This document shows, in pieces, positions 1 to 8,021 of a stretch of 31,454 nucleotides of DNA. The translations under genes were made by a program, and so were the position numbers. Where the stretch lies: contig CAZVAJ010000010.1 in the NCBI GenBank assembly GCA_964625085.1, positions 1 through 31,454 on the forward strand, written 5' to 3'. The DNA is from Candidatus Micrarchaeota archaeon (GTDB taxonomy: Archaea > B1Sed10-29 > JAJSAI01). A model generated the notes under the pieces. It searched no databases, was not told the origin of the DNA, and saw nothing but the letters and a program-made list of their open reading frames with translations. Within the stretch, counting starts at the first letter, position 1. The number at the start of each line of letters is the position of its first letter.

Positions 1-1
1 T

Positions 2-199
2 CCTGACGTGTTCTTGAAAGCTGCTGAAAAACTTGGTTTGCAACCTTCAGAATGCGTGGTCATAGAAGACAGTGTTGACGGGATGAAGTCAGCCAAAAGC
101 GCAGGGTTTATGGTCGTAGGTCTCGTAAAGAGCGATACTGCAAAAACGCCTGCAGAATTCAATGTAACGTCATTAGAACAACTGCTGAACCTGCTGTAA
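2..199 (+). CDS. HAD-superfamily phosphatase (beta-phosphoglucomutase/CbbY-like), 5'-truncated by window edge
   Basis: Frame is open from the window start (PDVFLKAAEKLG...ECVVIEDSVDGMKSAKSAG), the typical HAD motif III/IV region. Confidence 0.85.
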   Translation, partial: PDVFLKAAEKLGLQPSECVVIEDSVDGMKSAKSAGFMVVGLVKSDTAKTPAEFNVTSLEQLLNLL

Positions 200-207
200 A
201 GGATAAC

Positions 208-684
208 CTACGGAAAGATGCTCTTAATCCAGCGCCCCAAGTAATACGATAAGATAATAACTGTTAACGTGAGCAGAAGGTGTTCCAGCACCACCTTACT
301 CACACTTTCTTTTTTGTCAAATGCGATCTTCACACTCAGAATGCTTATGAGCAACAGGCTCCAGAACACGCTGACCCATATGGCTGTGTTGATCTCAAAA
401 AGCAGCACGGGCCACAAAAAGCTCAGCGCAAAAACACACTTTGATCCCACAGTAGAAACTGTTGATCCCCAAACCTGATTCGTAGTGCTCTTTTCCTCTG
501 ATTCCTTGGACAGGTGCATGGCAAGAGCATCAGAAAGAGAATCAACTACTGCTATTAGTAGTATGCCTCCAATAACAGCTGCTCGGGACCCTATCCCTTC
601 TGCCAGGCCTATGACCAAGCCAAGAGTGGTTATGACTGATGAAGTCAGACCAAAACTTACGCCAGCCTTCACATAACCATCCAT
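208..684 (-). CDS. VIT1/CCC1-family membrane protein (putative Fe/Mn transporter-like)
   Basis: FGLTSSVITTLGLVIG and GGILLIAVVDSLSDALAMHLS resemble VIT1 TM1/TM2 motifs; about 5 hydrophobic segments. Confidence 0.7.
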   Translation of the reverse strand: MDGYVKAGVSFGLTSSVITTLGLVIGLAEGIGSRAAVIGGILLIAVVDSLSDALAMHLSKESEEKSTTNQVWGSTVSTVGSKCVFALSFLWPVLLFEINTAIWVSVFWSLLLISILSVKIAFDKKESVSKVVLEHLLLTLTVIILSYYLGRWIKSIFP

Positions 685-766
685 GCAAAGCGTACAAGGC
701 GAAGGGATAATAAAAAAGTTCCTGGCTCCGAAACCATTAAATTATTCCTGCAATAAAATAGTTTGT

Positions 767-1031
767 AGGGGATAGTGGGTGAGCGGCTCACGCGCCATGA
801 TGGCGTGAGGAAGTTCCTCCCACTCCATTAACAGCGTTCCGCAAAGGGAGGTTCCGAGAGGAACAGTAGCAGGAGCAGAAACGACACCCTAGCTTGTATC
901 ATCCAGAATGAACGCATAGCGTGACTTTGGCTTGCCGGGGATGAAACGGCCTGCCGCCGCTGGGAGTGCAAGGCAGTAATTGCCGCTTAGTAGAATGCCG
1001 CTTTAAAACAGAAGGAGGACTACATCCCTCT
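767..1031 (+). ncRNA. rnpB: Archaeal RNase P RNA (type-M-like, compact)
   Basis: GAGGAAGUUCCUCC (807-820) pairs with GGAGGAC (1014-1020) as P4. Conserved GCAGAAAC (875-882), UGAAACGG (942-949), GUGCAAG and ACAGAAG are present. P1 GGGGAU/AUCCCU, P2 GAGCGGC/GCCGCUU, P5 CACUCC/GGAGUG. TATA-like TTAAATTA lies ~25-30 nt upstream. Confidence 0.93.
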
Positions 1032-1046
1032 GTCCCCCCCTCGTGC

Positions 1047-1478
1047 TTAGTATCCTTCCTTTTTTATTTTATCAACTATCTTCTGCGTGTTGTTGATCAG
1101 GCGCTTGACTTCTTCTTTCAAGCCAGCCAACCCATTCCGAGCAGCTTCTGCTTCCTGCGGACTGATCAAGTTCTTCTTTTTGAGTATGACCTCTTCTTTG
1201 GCCTTCCGGGATAGTTCTGAAATGGCAAGATCAAGCGAATGCTTGGACAAAGACACACGATCGCAGTCAAGGGTCAAAGAAATCACCTTATCTTGTATCC
1301 CTTCTTTCGGAGGAAAGTTATCAAGGTAATAATGCAGGATATCATTGCACGTGTTTATCGCGTTTTCCACTGCATCAATTTCTTCTTGAGTTATCCTGAC
1401 TTCTTTTAAGAAAACTCTTTCTATTTTCTCTTCCCTTGTTTCTTCTGTTTTCTTTTTCTTCTTCTTTTCCAAGGTCAT
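1047..1478 (-). CDS. Hypothetical helical protein
   Basis: 143-aa ORF with K/E-rich composition like neighbouring genes, 13 nt downstream of the HIT gene; no recognised motif. Confidence 0.65.
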   Translation of the reverse strand: MTLEKKKKKKTEETREEKIERVFLKEVRITQEEIDAVENAINTCNDILHYYLDNFPPKEGIQDKVISLTLDCDRVSLSKHSLDLAISELSRKAKEEVILKKKNLISPQEAEAARNGLAGLKEEVKRLINNTQKIVDKIKKEGY

Positions 1479-1491
1479 ACTATCCAGCCTC

Positions 1492-1896
1492 CTATTCCTC
1501 TAAGACACTTGCTATTCTTTTCCTTAGTTCTTCAAGCTCAGGGTCTGATGGCTTTGGAAGGGGCTTGAACTCAAGCTTCGGTTCTTTTGTCGGGTGCAGT
1601 CTTACGTGCACGTGAGGAACCAGGAATCCTTCTATTACAACGCAGGTCCTGACCGGGTTTAAGGCGTTGTCTATTGCTCTTGCCACCTTCTTTACCACCT
1701 TAGAAAGTTCTGCAAGCTCATTGTCAGGCATGTCAAAAACGTAATCATAGTGCTTCTTTGGAATCACGAGTGTTTGCCCTTCATGCATAGGGTTAACATC
1801 CAAGAACGCGAGGTGGTTCTCGTCCTCGTAAACTATTTTCGCAGGAATTTCTTTGTTAACAATCCTACAAAAAATGCAGTCTTCCACCAGCATCAC
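1492..1896 (-). CDS. hit: HIT (histidine triad) family nucleotide hydrolase
   Basis: N-terminal DCIFCRIV, AFLDVNP...GQTLVIPKKH, and the triad VPHVHVRLHP. Confidence 0.92.
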   Translation of the reverse strand: MMLVEDCIFCRIVNKEIPAKIVYEDENHLAFLDVNPMHEGQTLVIPKKHYDYVFDMPDNELAELSKVVKKVARAIDNALNPVRTCVVIEGFLVPHVHVRLHPTKEPKLEFKPLPKPSDPELEELRKRIASVLEE

Positions 1897-1928
1897 CGTG
1901 AAAGATGGAGAAAAGGAAAATAAAAAGG

Positions 1929-2093
1929 TTAGGCCAGGCCTTTCTTAACCAGCGTTTCAATAAGGCCTGGGGAACGCTGCGGAGGATGCTCCTTTTTCAA
2001 GGAAACAAACTCCTTCCGTTCAATGTAATACTCTCCTTTTGAGGCAAACGCCTGCCAAAACAGGTTTGAAGAGCTTATCACCGCAGCATTCAC
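1929..2093 (-). CDS. Possible 54-aa small protein or eroded gene remnant (not in ORF track)
   Basis: GTG start preceded by a GGAGGTG Shine-Dalgarno-like sequence; reads MNAAVISSSNLFWQAFASKGEYYIERKEF...VKKGLA and fills an otherwise unexplained 300-nt gap. Confidence 0.3.
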   Translation of the reverse strand: MNAAVISSSNLFWQAFASKGEYYIERKEFVSLKKEHPPQRSPGLIETLVKKGLA

Positions 2094-2206
2094 CCTTACA
2101 CCACCTCCAGTAACAGTAAGAACCTTGTTTTAGGGGAGTATTTCGCTCAGGCCCTCTGGCAGATGACGAGTATTCTTTTTAACTCCTGCATGAAGTAATA
2201 TCCCTG

Positions 2207-3088
2207 ATGAAAGCAAATGTTAACAGAATCCGGAAGATGATAAAATTAATAACCCCTGGGCTTTCAGGAGAATGGGCCAAAAAGCCAAAAAGGAAACTGC
2301 CAAAAGAGGCAGAAAAGCTGGCCCTTGTGGAGAAAAGAGGACGGATAAAAATAATCCTTGAAGGGATTAAAGAACTAAAGAAGGTTGTAAATGACAAAAA
2401 GCTGGCTGAAGAGCTTGATGTTCTGGAAAAAGAGATTAAAGAAAAAGGCTGGGCAGCCTTGTCAGAAGAGAACAGGAGGATACTATTCAGGATAAAAGAA
2501 ATAGAAAACAGGGCAGTGTACTCAGCAGAAAATTTACCCGGAGAATTAAAAAAAGGAAAAGAGCATGGGGTCGGCGTTAGTGATGTCGGCGGCAAAGCAG
2601 TGGAAGTGAAAGGACCTAAAGAAGGACTCACTGAGAAAGAACAGAGAGAAATAAAACGTTTGGCAGGAGAAGGCAAAGAAAAAGCCATTCTTGTAAAACC
2701 GACAGGCGTAACATACTCATACCAGGGCCCAGATAGACGGCCTGTGTTCCGGCGCGCTTCCGCCCATGAAATTGCGCGGCATGAAGAAACACATTTGAAG
2801 TATTCTGTTGATTCACCTGCGTTCAACGAAGCATTCGCATACCTTGAAACATACCCCTCAACAGCACTCATAAACTACACCAAAACAAGCTACGAAAAAA
2901 TGAAATACGGAAAAGAACCTCATGAACTAGGATGGGAAATTGCGCGCGAGTGCGCACGCCTTGGAATAAGCGCAGAAGAGTTATATCATGCATATAAAAA
3001 AAGCGGTTCCACTGAACTGATGAAGAGAATAGAACAGGCTAGAAAAGAGCGGAACAAGAAAAAAGCGCGCAAGATGCTTCTGGAATGA
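2207..3088 (+). CDS. Hypothetical protein with putative zincin metallopeptidase motif
   Basis: HEETH (HExxH) followed by NEAFAY in the C-terminal half; N-terminal half is basic and helical. Confidence 0.55.
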   Translation: MKANVNRIRKMIKLITPGLSGEWAKKPKRKLPKEAEKLALVEKRGRIKIILEGIKELKKVVNDKKLAEELDVLEKEIKEKGWAALSEENRRILFRIKEIENRAVYSAENLPGELKKGKEHGVGVSDVGGKAVEVKGPKEGLTEKEQREIKRLAGEGKEKAILVKPTGVTYSYQGPDRRPVFRRASAHEIARHEETHLKYSVDSPAFNEAFAYLETYPSTALINYTKTSYEKMKYGKEPHELGWEIARECARLGISAEELYHAYKKSGSTELMKRIEQARKERNKKKARKMLLE

Positions 3089-3096
3089 TCAGCAAA

Positions 3097-3174
3097 TGGT
3101 GGGATAGGCCGGATTTGAACCGGCGACCTCCCGGTTATCAGCCGGGTGCTCCAACCAGGCTAAGCTACTATCCC
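3097..3174 (-). tRNA. tRNA-Ile (anticodon GAU), intronless, CCA encoded
   Basis: Reverse complement GGGATAG TAGCTTAGCCTGGTTGGAGC A CCCGG CTGATAA CCGGG AGGTC GCCGG TTCAAAT CCGGC CTATCCC ACCA folds into a full cloverleaf. Confidence 0.97.
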
Positions 3175-3266
3175 TTTTGCTAACGGAACAAGAGCAGTTA
3201 TCTCTTTTTATGCCTGATCTTTTTTAAAAGGTTAGGTTTAAATTGGTGGGCTTCTCTTTTAAGAGT

Positions 3267-3800
3267 ATGGCAAAGCAGAAAAGGGGTCAGCGAAAGAAAA
3301 CCAGCAGCCTAATTACAAGGACCAAAGAGAAAAGAGTACGCAGCAAGTCTGAAAAATTGGCTAATACCGCTGTTGAAAATTGGAAGGCGCTGGGAAAGGA
3401 TGAGGAGATGCTTCGGAATATCCTAAAAAGTTCTGGAGCAGGAGATGAATACGTCAACAAGCTCGTAAGATGGTACAAAGAAGGAAAACTGCCAGAAAAA
3501 AGGCTTAAGGAGATACTAACCGAACTAAATCTTAACAAAGGCATGCGTAAGGAAGCGATGAAGAGGAAGCAGCCAGAAAAGGAGAGTGAAAAACCTAAAC
3601 AAGAAGAATCATTAAACCAGGCAGGAGAAACGAAGAAGAAAGCAAAGGAAGAGGCTGAAAAGAGAAAAGAGAAGCTCGTTGTTCACGAAGCACATATTGT
3701 CGCGCCAGCTGAAAATCCGTACTTGGACAAGTTTATAGTAATCTTGATTATACTCTCCATAGTTGTAGGACTTCTTTACGGGCTGTTTGGAGGACTATGA
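3267..3800 (+). CDS. Lys/Arg-rich protein with C-terminal membrane anchor
   Basis: ATG at 3267 (MAKQKRG...); highly charged body; single terminal TM helix FIVILIILSIVVGLLYGLFGGL. Confidence 0.7.
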   Translation: MAKQKRGQRKKTSSLITRTKEKRVRSKSEKLANTAVENWKALGKDEEMLRNILKSSGAGDEYVNKLVRWYKEGKLPEKRLKEILTELNLNKGMRKEAMKRKQPEKESEKPKQEESLNQAGETKKKAKEEAEKRKEKLVVHEAHIVAPAENPYLDKFIVILIILSIVVGLLYGLFGGL

Positions 3801-3804
3801 AAGG

Positions 3805-4245
3805 ATGAAATTGAGACAGCTCAGGTCAAAAGAGATAAAGGAACTAAAAAAACAGTTCCCTGAACTCATAACTGGAAAAAACATTGTTGAGAAAGAATTA
3901 TCAGATGACCTAAAAGTGATTCTCGACAAAGGAGTACCCCTACTCGGAGAAAAAGAGGAAGTAATCTTCCCGACCCTTTTTTCAAAAGCAAGCCTGCCGA
4001 CAGTTGTTGTGGACATGGGCGCGGTCAGGTTTGTTACTAACGGTGCAGATGTCATGGCACCAGGAGTAAAAGAAAAACCTGCATTCAAAAAAGGGGACCT
4101 GTTGTACATAGTTGATGAAAAAAACCTGAAGAAGCTGGCAGTAGTGCAAGCGCTCGTTGATTCTGAGAACTTTCCGGAGAAAGGAAAAGTGTTCAAGAAC
4201 TTGCACTGGGTCGGGGACAGAATCTGGCGCCAGCAGGCCAGCTGA
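3805..4245 (+). CDS. PUA-domain RNA-binding protein (DUF1947+PUA, MCT-1/Tma20-like)
   Basis: VVVDMGAVRFVTNGADVMAPG and NLHWVGDRIW signatures. Confidence 0.9.
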   Translation: MKLRQLRSKEIKELKKQFPELITGKNIVEKELSDDLKVILDKGVPLLGEKEEVIFPTLFSKASLPTVVVDMGAVRFVTNGADVMAPGVKEKPAFKKGDLLYIVDEKNLKKLAVVQALVDSENFPEKGKVFKNLHWVGDRIWRQQAS

Positions 4246-4281
4246 CTAAAAAGCTTTGGAAAGGAAAAAGGAGGAAAAAGC

Positions 4282-4986
4282 ATGACAGATTTGTTGTATA
4301 TGGATGACGCATACCTGCGGAAATGGAACGCACAAGTGAAAAGAGCAGAGGAGAATAAAATTGTTCTTGACAGGACTGCGTTTTACCCGCAAGGTGGAGG
4401 CCAACCAAGTGATTCTGGAACAGTGACGCATGAGGGAAAAACATTCAGGATAATTGAAGTAAGAAAAGAAGGAAGCGATATCATGCATGAGGTGGACCAG
4501 CAGGGGCTTTCTAGCGGCATGGAGGTGACATGCGAGCTAGACTGGGACAGGAGATACACGCTTATGAGAATGCATACTGCTGCACACCTGCTTTCAGCCT
4601 TGATAAACACTAAAACAGGAGCTATGATCACAGGGAACCAGCTTGGCACAGAGAAATCAAGGATTGACTTTAATCTTGAAGACTACTCTCCTGAACTAAT
4701 GCGAGGGATTGTAGAGGAGGCGAACAAGAGAATAAAACAGGGTGCTGAAGTCAAATGGTACTACCTTCCGAGAAAGGAAGCGCTAAAAATACCTAATATA
4801 GTCAAGCTTGCGTCAAGACTTCCCCCAACCATCAGCACCCTTAGAATCGTTGAAATTGAAGGTATTGACAAACAGGCTGACGGCGGAACACATGTTAAGA
4901 ACATAACAGAAATAGGAAAAGTTGCCCCACTCAAGACAGAAAATAAGGGAAAAAACAACCGGAGATTGTACTTTACCCTTGAATAG
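4282..4986 (+). CDS. alaXM: Alanyl-tRNA editing protein AlaX-M
   Basis: VLDRTAFYPQGGGQPSDSG, MRMHTAAHLL (HxxxH), ADGGTHV. Confidence 0.93.
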   Translation: MTDLLYMDDAYLRKWNAQVKRAEENKIVLDRTAFYPQGGGQPSDSGTVTHEGKTFRIIEVRKEGSDIMHEVDQQGLSSGMEVTCELDWDRRYTLMRMHTAAHLLSALINTKTGAMITGNQLGTEKSRIDFNLEDYSPELMRGIVEEANKRIKQGAEVKWYYLPRKEALKIPNIVKLASRLPPTISTLRIVEIEGIDKQADGGTHVKNITEIGKVAPLKTENKGKNNRRLYFTLE

Positions 4987-5055
4987 AACCTTCTTTTTAA
5001 ATCCCGAAAGGTATAAAAAGAAAGAAAACAATATTGTTACCACTGGTGAGTTGTT

Positions 5056-5997
5056 ATGAAAATCATTGGCACAATAATCACCCTGGCCGTGATGATCACT
5101 GTAGGGTTATCAGCCAACATACTACTTTATTCCCCTGATAAAAACTTTGAGTCAGCACACATCCTATCACAGTCAGGGAACAGTGTGTCAACAACATCTC
5201 AAAAATTCGGACTAGAAAAAGCCAGTGGATATGATGCGATTTTAGTGGATGCGGGAATAAACGATATACCCCCTGAAATGTACGTGATACTAAAAGAGTA
5301 TGCTAAAGAAGGAGGCATTGTTGTCCTAGCACTTGACCCTGATTCAGTAATAGCATACTCTGTTTTTGAACAAGTAGAAAAACCAGACCCAACACTATGT
5401 TATTCAGAGCCGACACCCTCAAAAAAATTACAGCACTGCTTTGAAATAAAACTATACCAAGAAGAACTTGAAGGCAAGCTTTACTCACTGATCTCAAACA
5501 AAGAACCGGTCACAAAAACGGTTGTACTAGAGGGAGTCCCAATAGCATACGTAAACGACAAAAAAGCAGCAGTAAGAACCCTAACAGACAACGGTCAAAT
5601 CATAGTCGCAGGATTCAGGCCCTCTGCTGAAAATACCGACTTTTTCCTGGCGGCAATAGAAGGAAAAGAAACAAAAACACCAGAACCAACAAGCGTGCAG
5701 GAAAACTTAACAAGCCCAGAACAGAACTATGAAGTAAAACCATCCCCCGTGTACAAAAACGAAAGCAAGATAACAGGAAGGACAATCGCACTACTGACAA
5801 AATCAGAAGATAACCACAGCATGCTCCCTTGGATCGCGGTATTCGCTGTAGGAGCAGTCATTCTAGGTTATCTGATAATAAAACCTGGGAAAAACACAGA
5901 AGAAAACCAGAAAACAGAACCCAAAGAACCGAAACTGGGATTACCAGAACAATCTCCTGAAGACCAAGCAGAAGAAAAAGACGAATTCATCTACTAA
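5056..5997 (+). CDS. Exported, membrane-anchored protein with class I GATase-like domain
   Basis: N-terminal signal peptide; YDAILVDAG...LKEYAKEGGIVV pattern; Pro/Thr linker; TM MLPWIAVFAVGAVILGYLII; acidic tail. Confidence 0.6.
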   Translation: MKIIGTIITLAVMITVGLSANILLYSPDKNFESAHILSQSGNSVSTTSQKFGLEKASGYDAILVDAGINDIPPEMYVILKEYAKEGGIVVLALDPDSVIAYSVFEQVEKPDPTLCYSEPTPSKKLQHCFEIKLYQEELEGKLYSLISNKEPVTKTVVLEGVPIAYVNDKKAAVRTLTDNGQIIVAGFRPSAENTDFFLAAIEGKETKTPEPTSVQENLTSPEQNYEVKPSPVYKNESKITGRTIALLTKSEDNHSMLPWIAVFAVGAVILGYLIIKPGKNTEENQKTEPKEPKLGLPEQSPEDQAEEKDEFIY

Positions 5998-6052
5998 TAA
6001 AGGCGGGGAAGGTGCCCTTATTTTTATAACTATGTTGTGAGTACACTACTAT

Positions 6053-6280
6053 ATGTTTGACTGGGACTATTTTAATCATGAACTTGAATGGGTAATAGAA
6101 ATACCCAGCGGCAAGAAAATAGAAGAAATAGGCGTGATAGAAAGCGTTGAAGTAAATGAAAAAAACAGAAGAGTTTACGTAAAACTGAAAAAACACAGAA
6201 TGAACCAGTTCTTTGAAGAGAGAATCAGGGACATAATACAAAACATGGGTTATGATCCCGAAGTAGAATTAGAAGACTGA
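6053..6280 (+). CDS. Small hypothetical protein
   Basis: 75-aa ORF downstream of TATA-like TTTTTATAA; 3' end overlaps the convergent gene by 31 nt. Confidence 0.55.
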   Translation: MFDWDYFNHELEWVIEIPSGKKIEEIGVIESVEVNEKNRRVYVKLKKHRMNQFFEERIRDIIQNMGYDPEVELED

Positions 6281-6768
6281 TTTTCAGGCATAGTGCCCTC
6301 ATAATCCCGTGCTATCTCGCGCGTGCTTAAAGGTGCACTAACAGCCCCAGGCTGGTTTACAGAAGGCAATGTCTTACTTTCTGGTTCAGGAATCAGGAGT
6401 TCAGAGTGTTCAGTCCCCGGAGTCCGGGGAGCAAGAGAAAGTATGTAAACAAACGAAACCGCAAACAATACAACCAGCGTAAATACGATGATCCTTGTTC
6501 TTGAGCCCCCTGTTCCAACAACTGCTGCGCCCTTATCAGTAAGGGAGTAGTAAACCCACTTTTTCCCAGTATCCTGTCTTGTAACAAGCCCTGCATTCTC
6601 AAGGATCTTCAAGTGCTCAGAAATAGTGCTGGGTGAAAGCCCGACTTCTCTTGAAAGCTCAGAAGGCATTTTCCTCCTTTTGGCAAGCGATTTTAAGATA
6701 TCCATCCTGCTTAACATTGCAATGGCCTTAAGAGACTGACGGTCAATAACAATCTGGTCCTTGTCCAT
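6250..6768 (-). CDS. Membrane-anchored ArsR-family winged-HTH regulator
   Basis: SRMDILKSL...PSELSREVGLSPSTISEHLKILENAGLV...WVYYSLT followed by a TM segment; probable ATG at 6768 after AGGTGG. Confidence 0.85.
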   Translation of the reverse strand: MDKDQIVIDRQSLKAIAMLSRMDILKSLAKRRKMPSELSREVGLSPSTISEHLKILENAGLVTRQDTGKKWVYYSLTDKGAAVVGTGGSRTRIIVFTLVVLFAVSFVYILSLAPRTPGTEHSELLIPEPESKTLPSVNQPGAVSAPLSTREIARDYEGTMPENQSSNSTSGS

Positions 6769-6809
6769 TATCCACCTAATTACCACATGATATATAAATA
6801 CGCTTGGCT

Positions 6810-6829
6810 TTTGTTCGATAGAGAACAAA
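6810..6829. promoter_or_regulatory. Inverted repeat TTTGTTC-N6-GAACAAA, candidate operator
   Basis: Perfect 7-bp arms between the TATA element TATATAAATA (6791-6800) and the mat start, inside the divergent arsR/mat spacer. Confidence 0.4.
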
Positions 6830-6836
6830 CTGTGGG

Positions 6837-8012
6837 ATGCTCATGAGGCAGATAATAGTAGAAAAAAGCAGCATGCCAACAGCAGACGAACAGATGGTGG
6901 AGATAGTTGAAAGAAAGGGACAAGGCCATCCTGATACAATAATGGACAGTGTGGCAGAAAGAGTGGCGGTAGAACTATCAAAAGAGTACCTCAAAAGGTT
7001 CGGGAGAATTTACCACTTTAATGCAGATAAAGGCCTTCTCATCGCAGGAGACGCAGACGTGCGGTTCGGAGGCGGAAAGATAACTGAACCTGCGAGAATA
7101 ATCATAGGAGACAGGGCCACCTTAAGCGTTCACGGAGAATCTTTTCCCGCGTCTGAAATAGCTGAACGGGGGGCAAGATCCTGGCTGAAGGAGAACCTTC
7201 CAAAATTCTCTGAACATGCTGTGGTGGAACCAGCGCTTTCCCAAGGGTCGCCTGAGCTTGTAGGCATATTCGAAAAAGAGGGCTTGCTGGAAGCAAATGA
7301 CACGAGCGCATCAGTTGGCTACTACCCTCTAACAGACCTTGAAAAGACAGTGCTGAAAACAGAGAACCTGATAAATTCCCGTGAATTCAAAAAGCAGTTC
7401 CCTGAAACAGGCACAGACGTTAAAGTCATGGGGGTAAGAAGAAAAAACAAGAAAAGCATTACCATCGCCCTCGCGTTCATATCATCAGAAATAAACTCAG
7501 AGCAGGAGTACTTCAAAAAAAAGAAAGAGGTAACCGAAAAAATAGCAGAGAGTGTTCAAGGTGACACATGCATTGCAGTCAATACACTGGACAAGCCAGG
7601 GAAAGGGATAAAAGGAGCCTACTTAACCGTAACTGGCACATCAGCAGAATCAGGAGACAGCGGACAAGTTGGAAGAGGGAATGGAGTTAATGGTCTCATA
7701 TGCCTAAACAGACCTAGCGGATCAGAAGCGGCTGCTGGAAAAAATCCTGTTTCACACATCGGAAAGATATACAATGTCTTATCTCATGTACTGGCAAAAG
7801 AGATATGTGAAAAGGTCTCTGGAGTGGACTCGGCGTATGTATGGATGATTACAAGAATCGGAAGCCGAATAGACCAACCGCTCGTATCAGCCAGGATAAA
7901 AAGTAATAAAGGATTTGACCATAAAGAAGTTGAAGAGATAGTGAACCAAAGACTTGACAAAATCAGAGGATTCTGCTCTGAACTTGCAATTGGGAAGTAC
8001 AACGTATGTTAA
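6837..8012 (+). CDS. mat: Archaeal-type S-adenosylmethionine synthetase
   Basis: EIVERKGQGHPDT, ANDTS, GTDVKVMG, YLTVTGTSAESGDSGQVGRGN, AAAGKNPVSHIGKIYNV. Confidence 0.96.
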   Translation: MLMRQIIVEKSSMPTADEQMVEIVERKGQGHPDTIMDSVAERVAVELSKEYLKRFGRIYHFNADKGLLIAGDADVRFGGGKITEPARIIIGDRATLSVHGESFPASEIAERGARSWLKENLPKFSEHAVVEPALSQGSPELVGIFEKEGLLEANDTSASVGYYPLTDLEKTVLKTENLINSREFKKQFPETGTDVKVMGVRRKNKKSITIALAFISSEINSEQEYFKKKKEVTEKIAESVQGDTCIAVNTLDKPGKGIKGAYLTVTGTSAESGDSGQVGRGNGVNGLICLNRPSGSEAAAGKNPVSHIGKIYNVLSHVLAKEICEKVSGVDSAYVWMITRIGSRIDQPLVSARIKSNKGFDHKEVEEIVNQRLDKIRGFCSELAIGKYNVC

Positions 8013-8021
8013 AGTGATAAA

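Noticed and set aside
966..1214. 82-aa plus-strand ORF
   Set aside because: Overlaps the RNase P RNA 3' end and is antisense to a better ORF; atypical composition.
2096..2191. Minus-strand ORF MQELKRILVICQRA-UGA-AKYSP... as a possible selenoprotein
   Set aside because: Read-through gives only 31 aa, the motif is not CxxU or UxxC, and I see no archaeal SECIS; TGA is a normal stop throughout the window.
1047..3174. Integrated element at tRNA-Ile
   Set aside because: No integrase and no duplicated tRNA 3' end (att site) seen.
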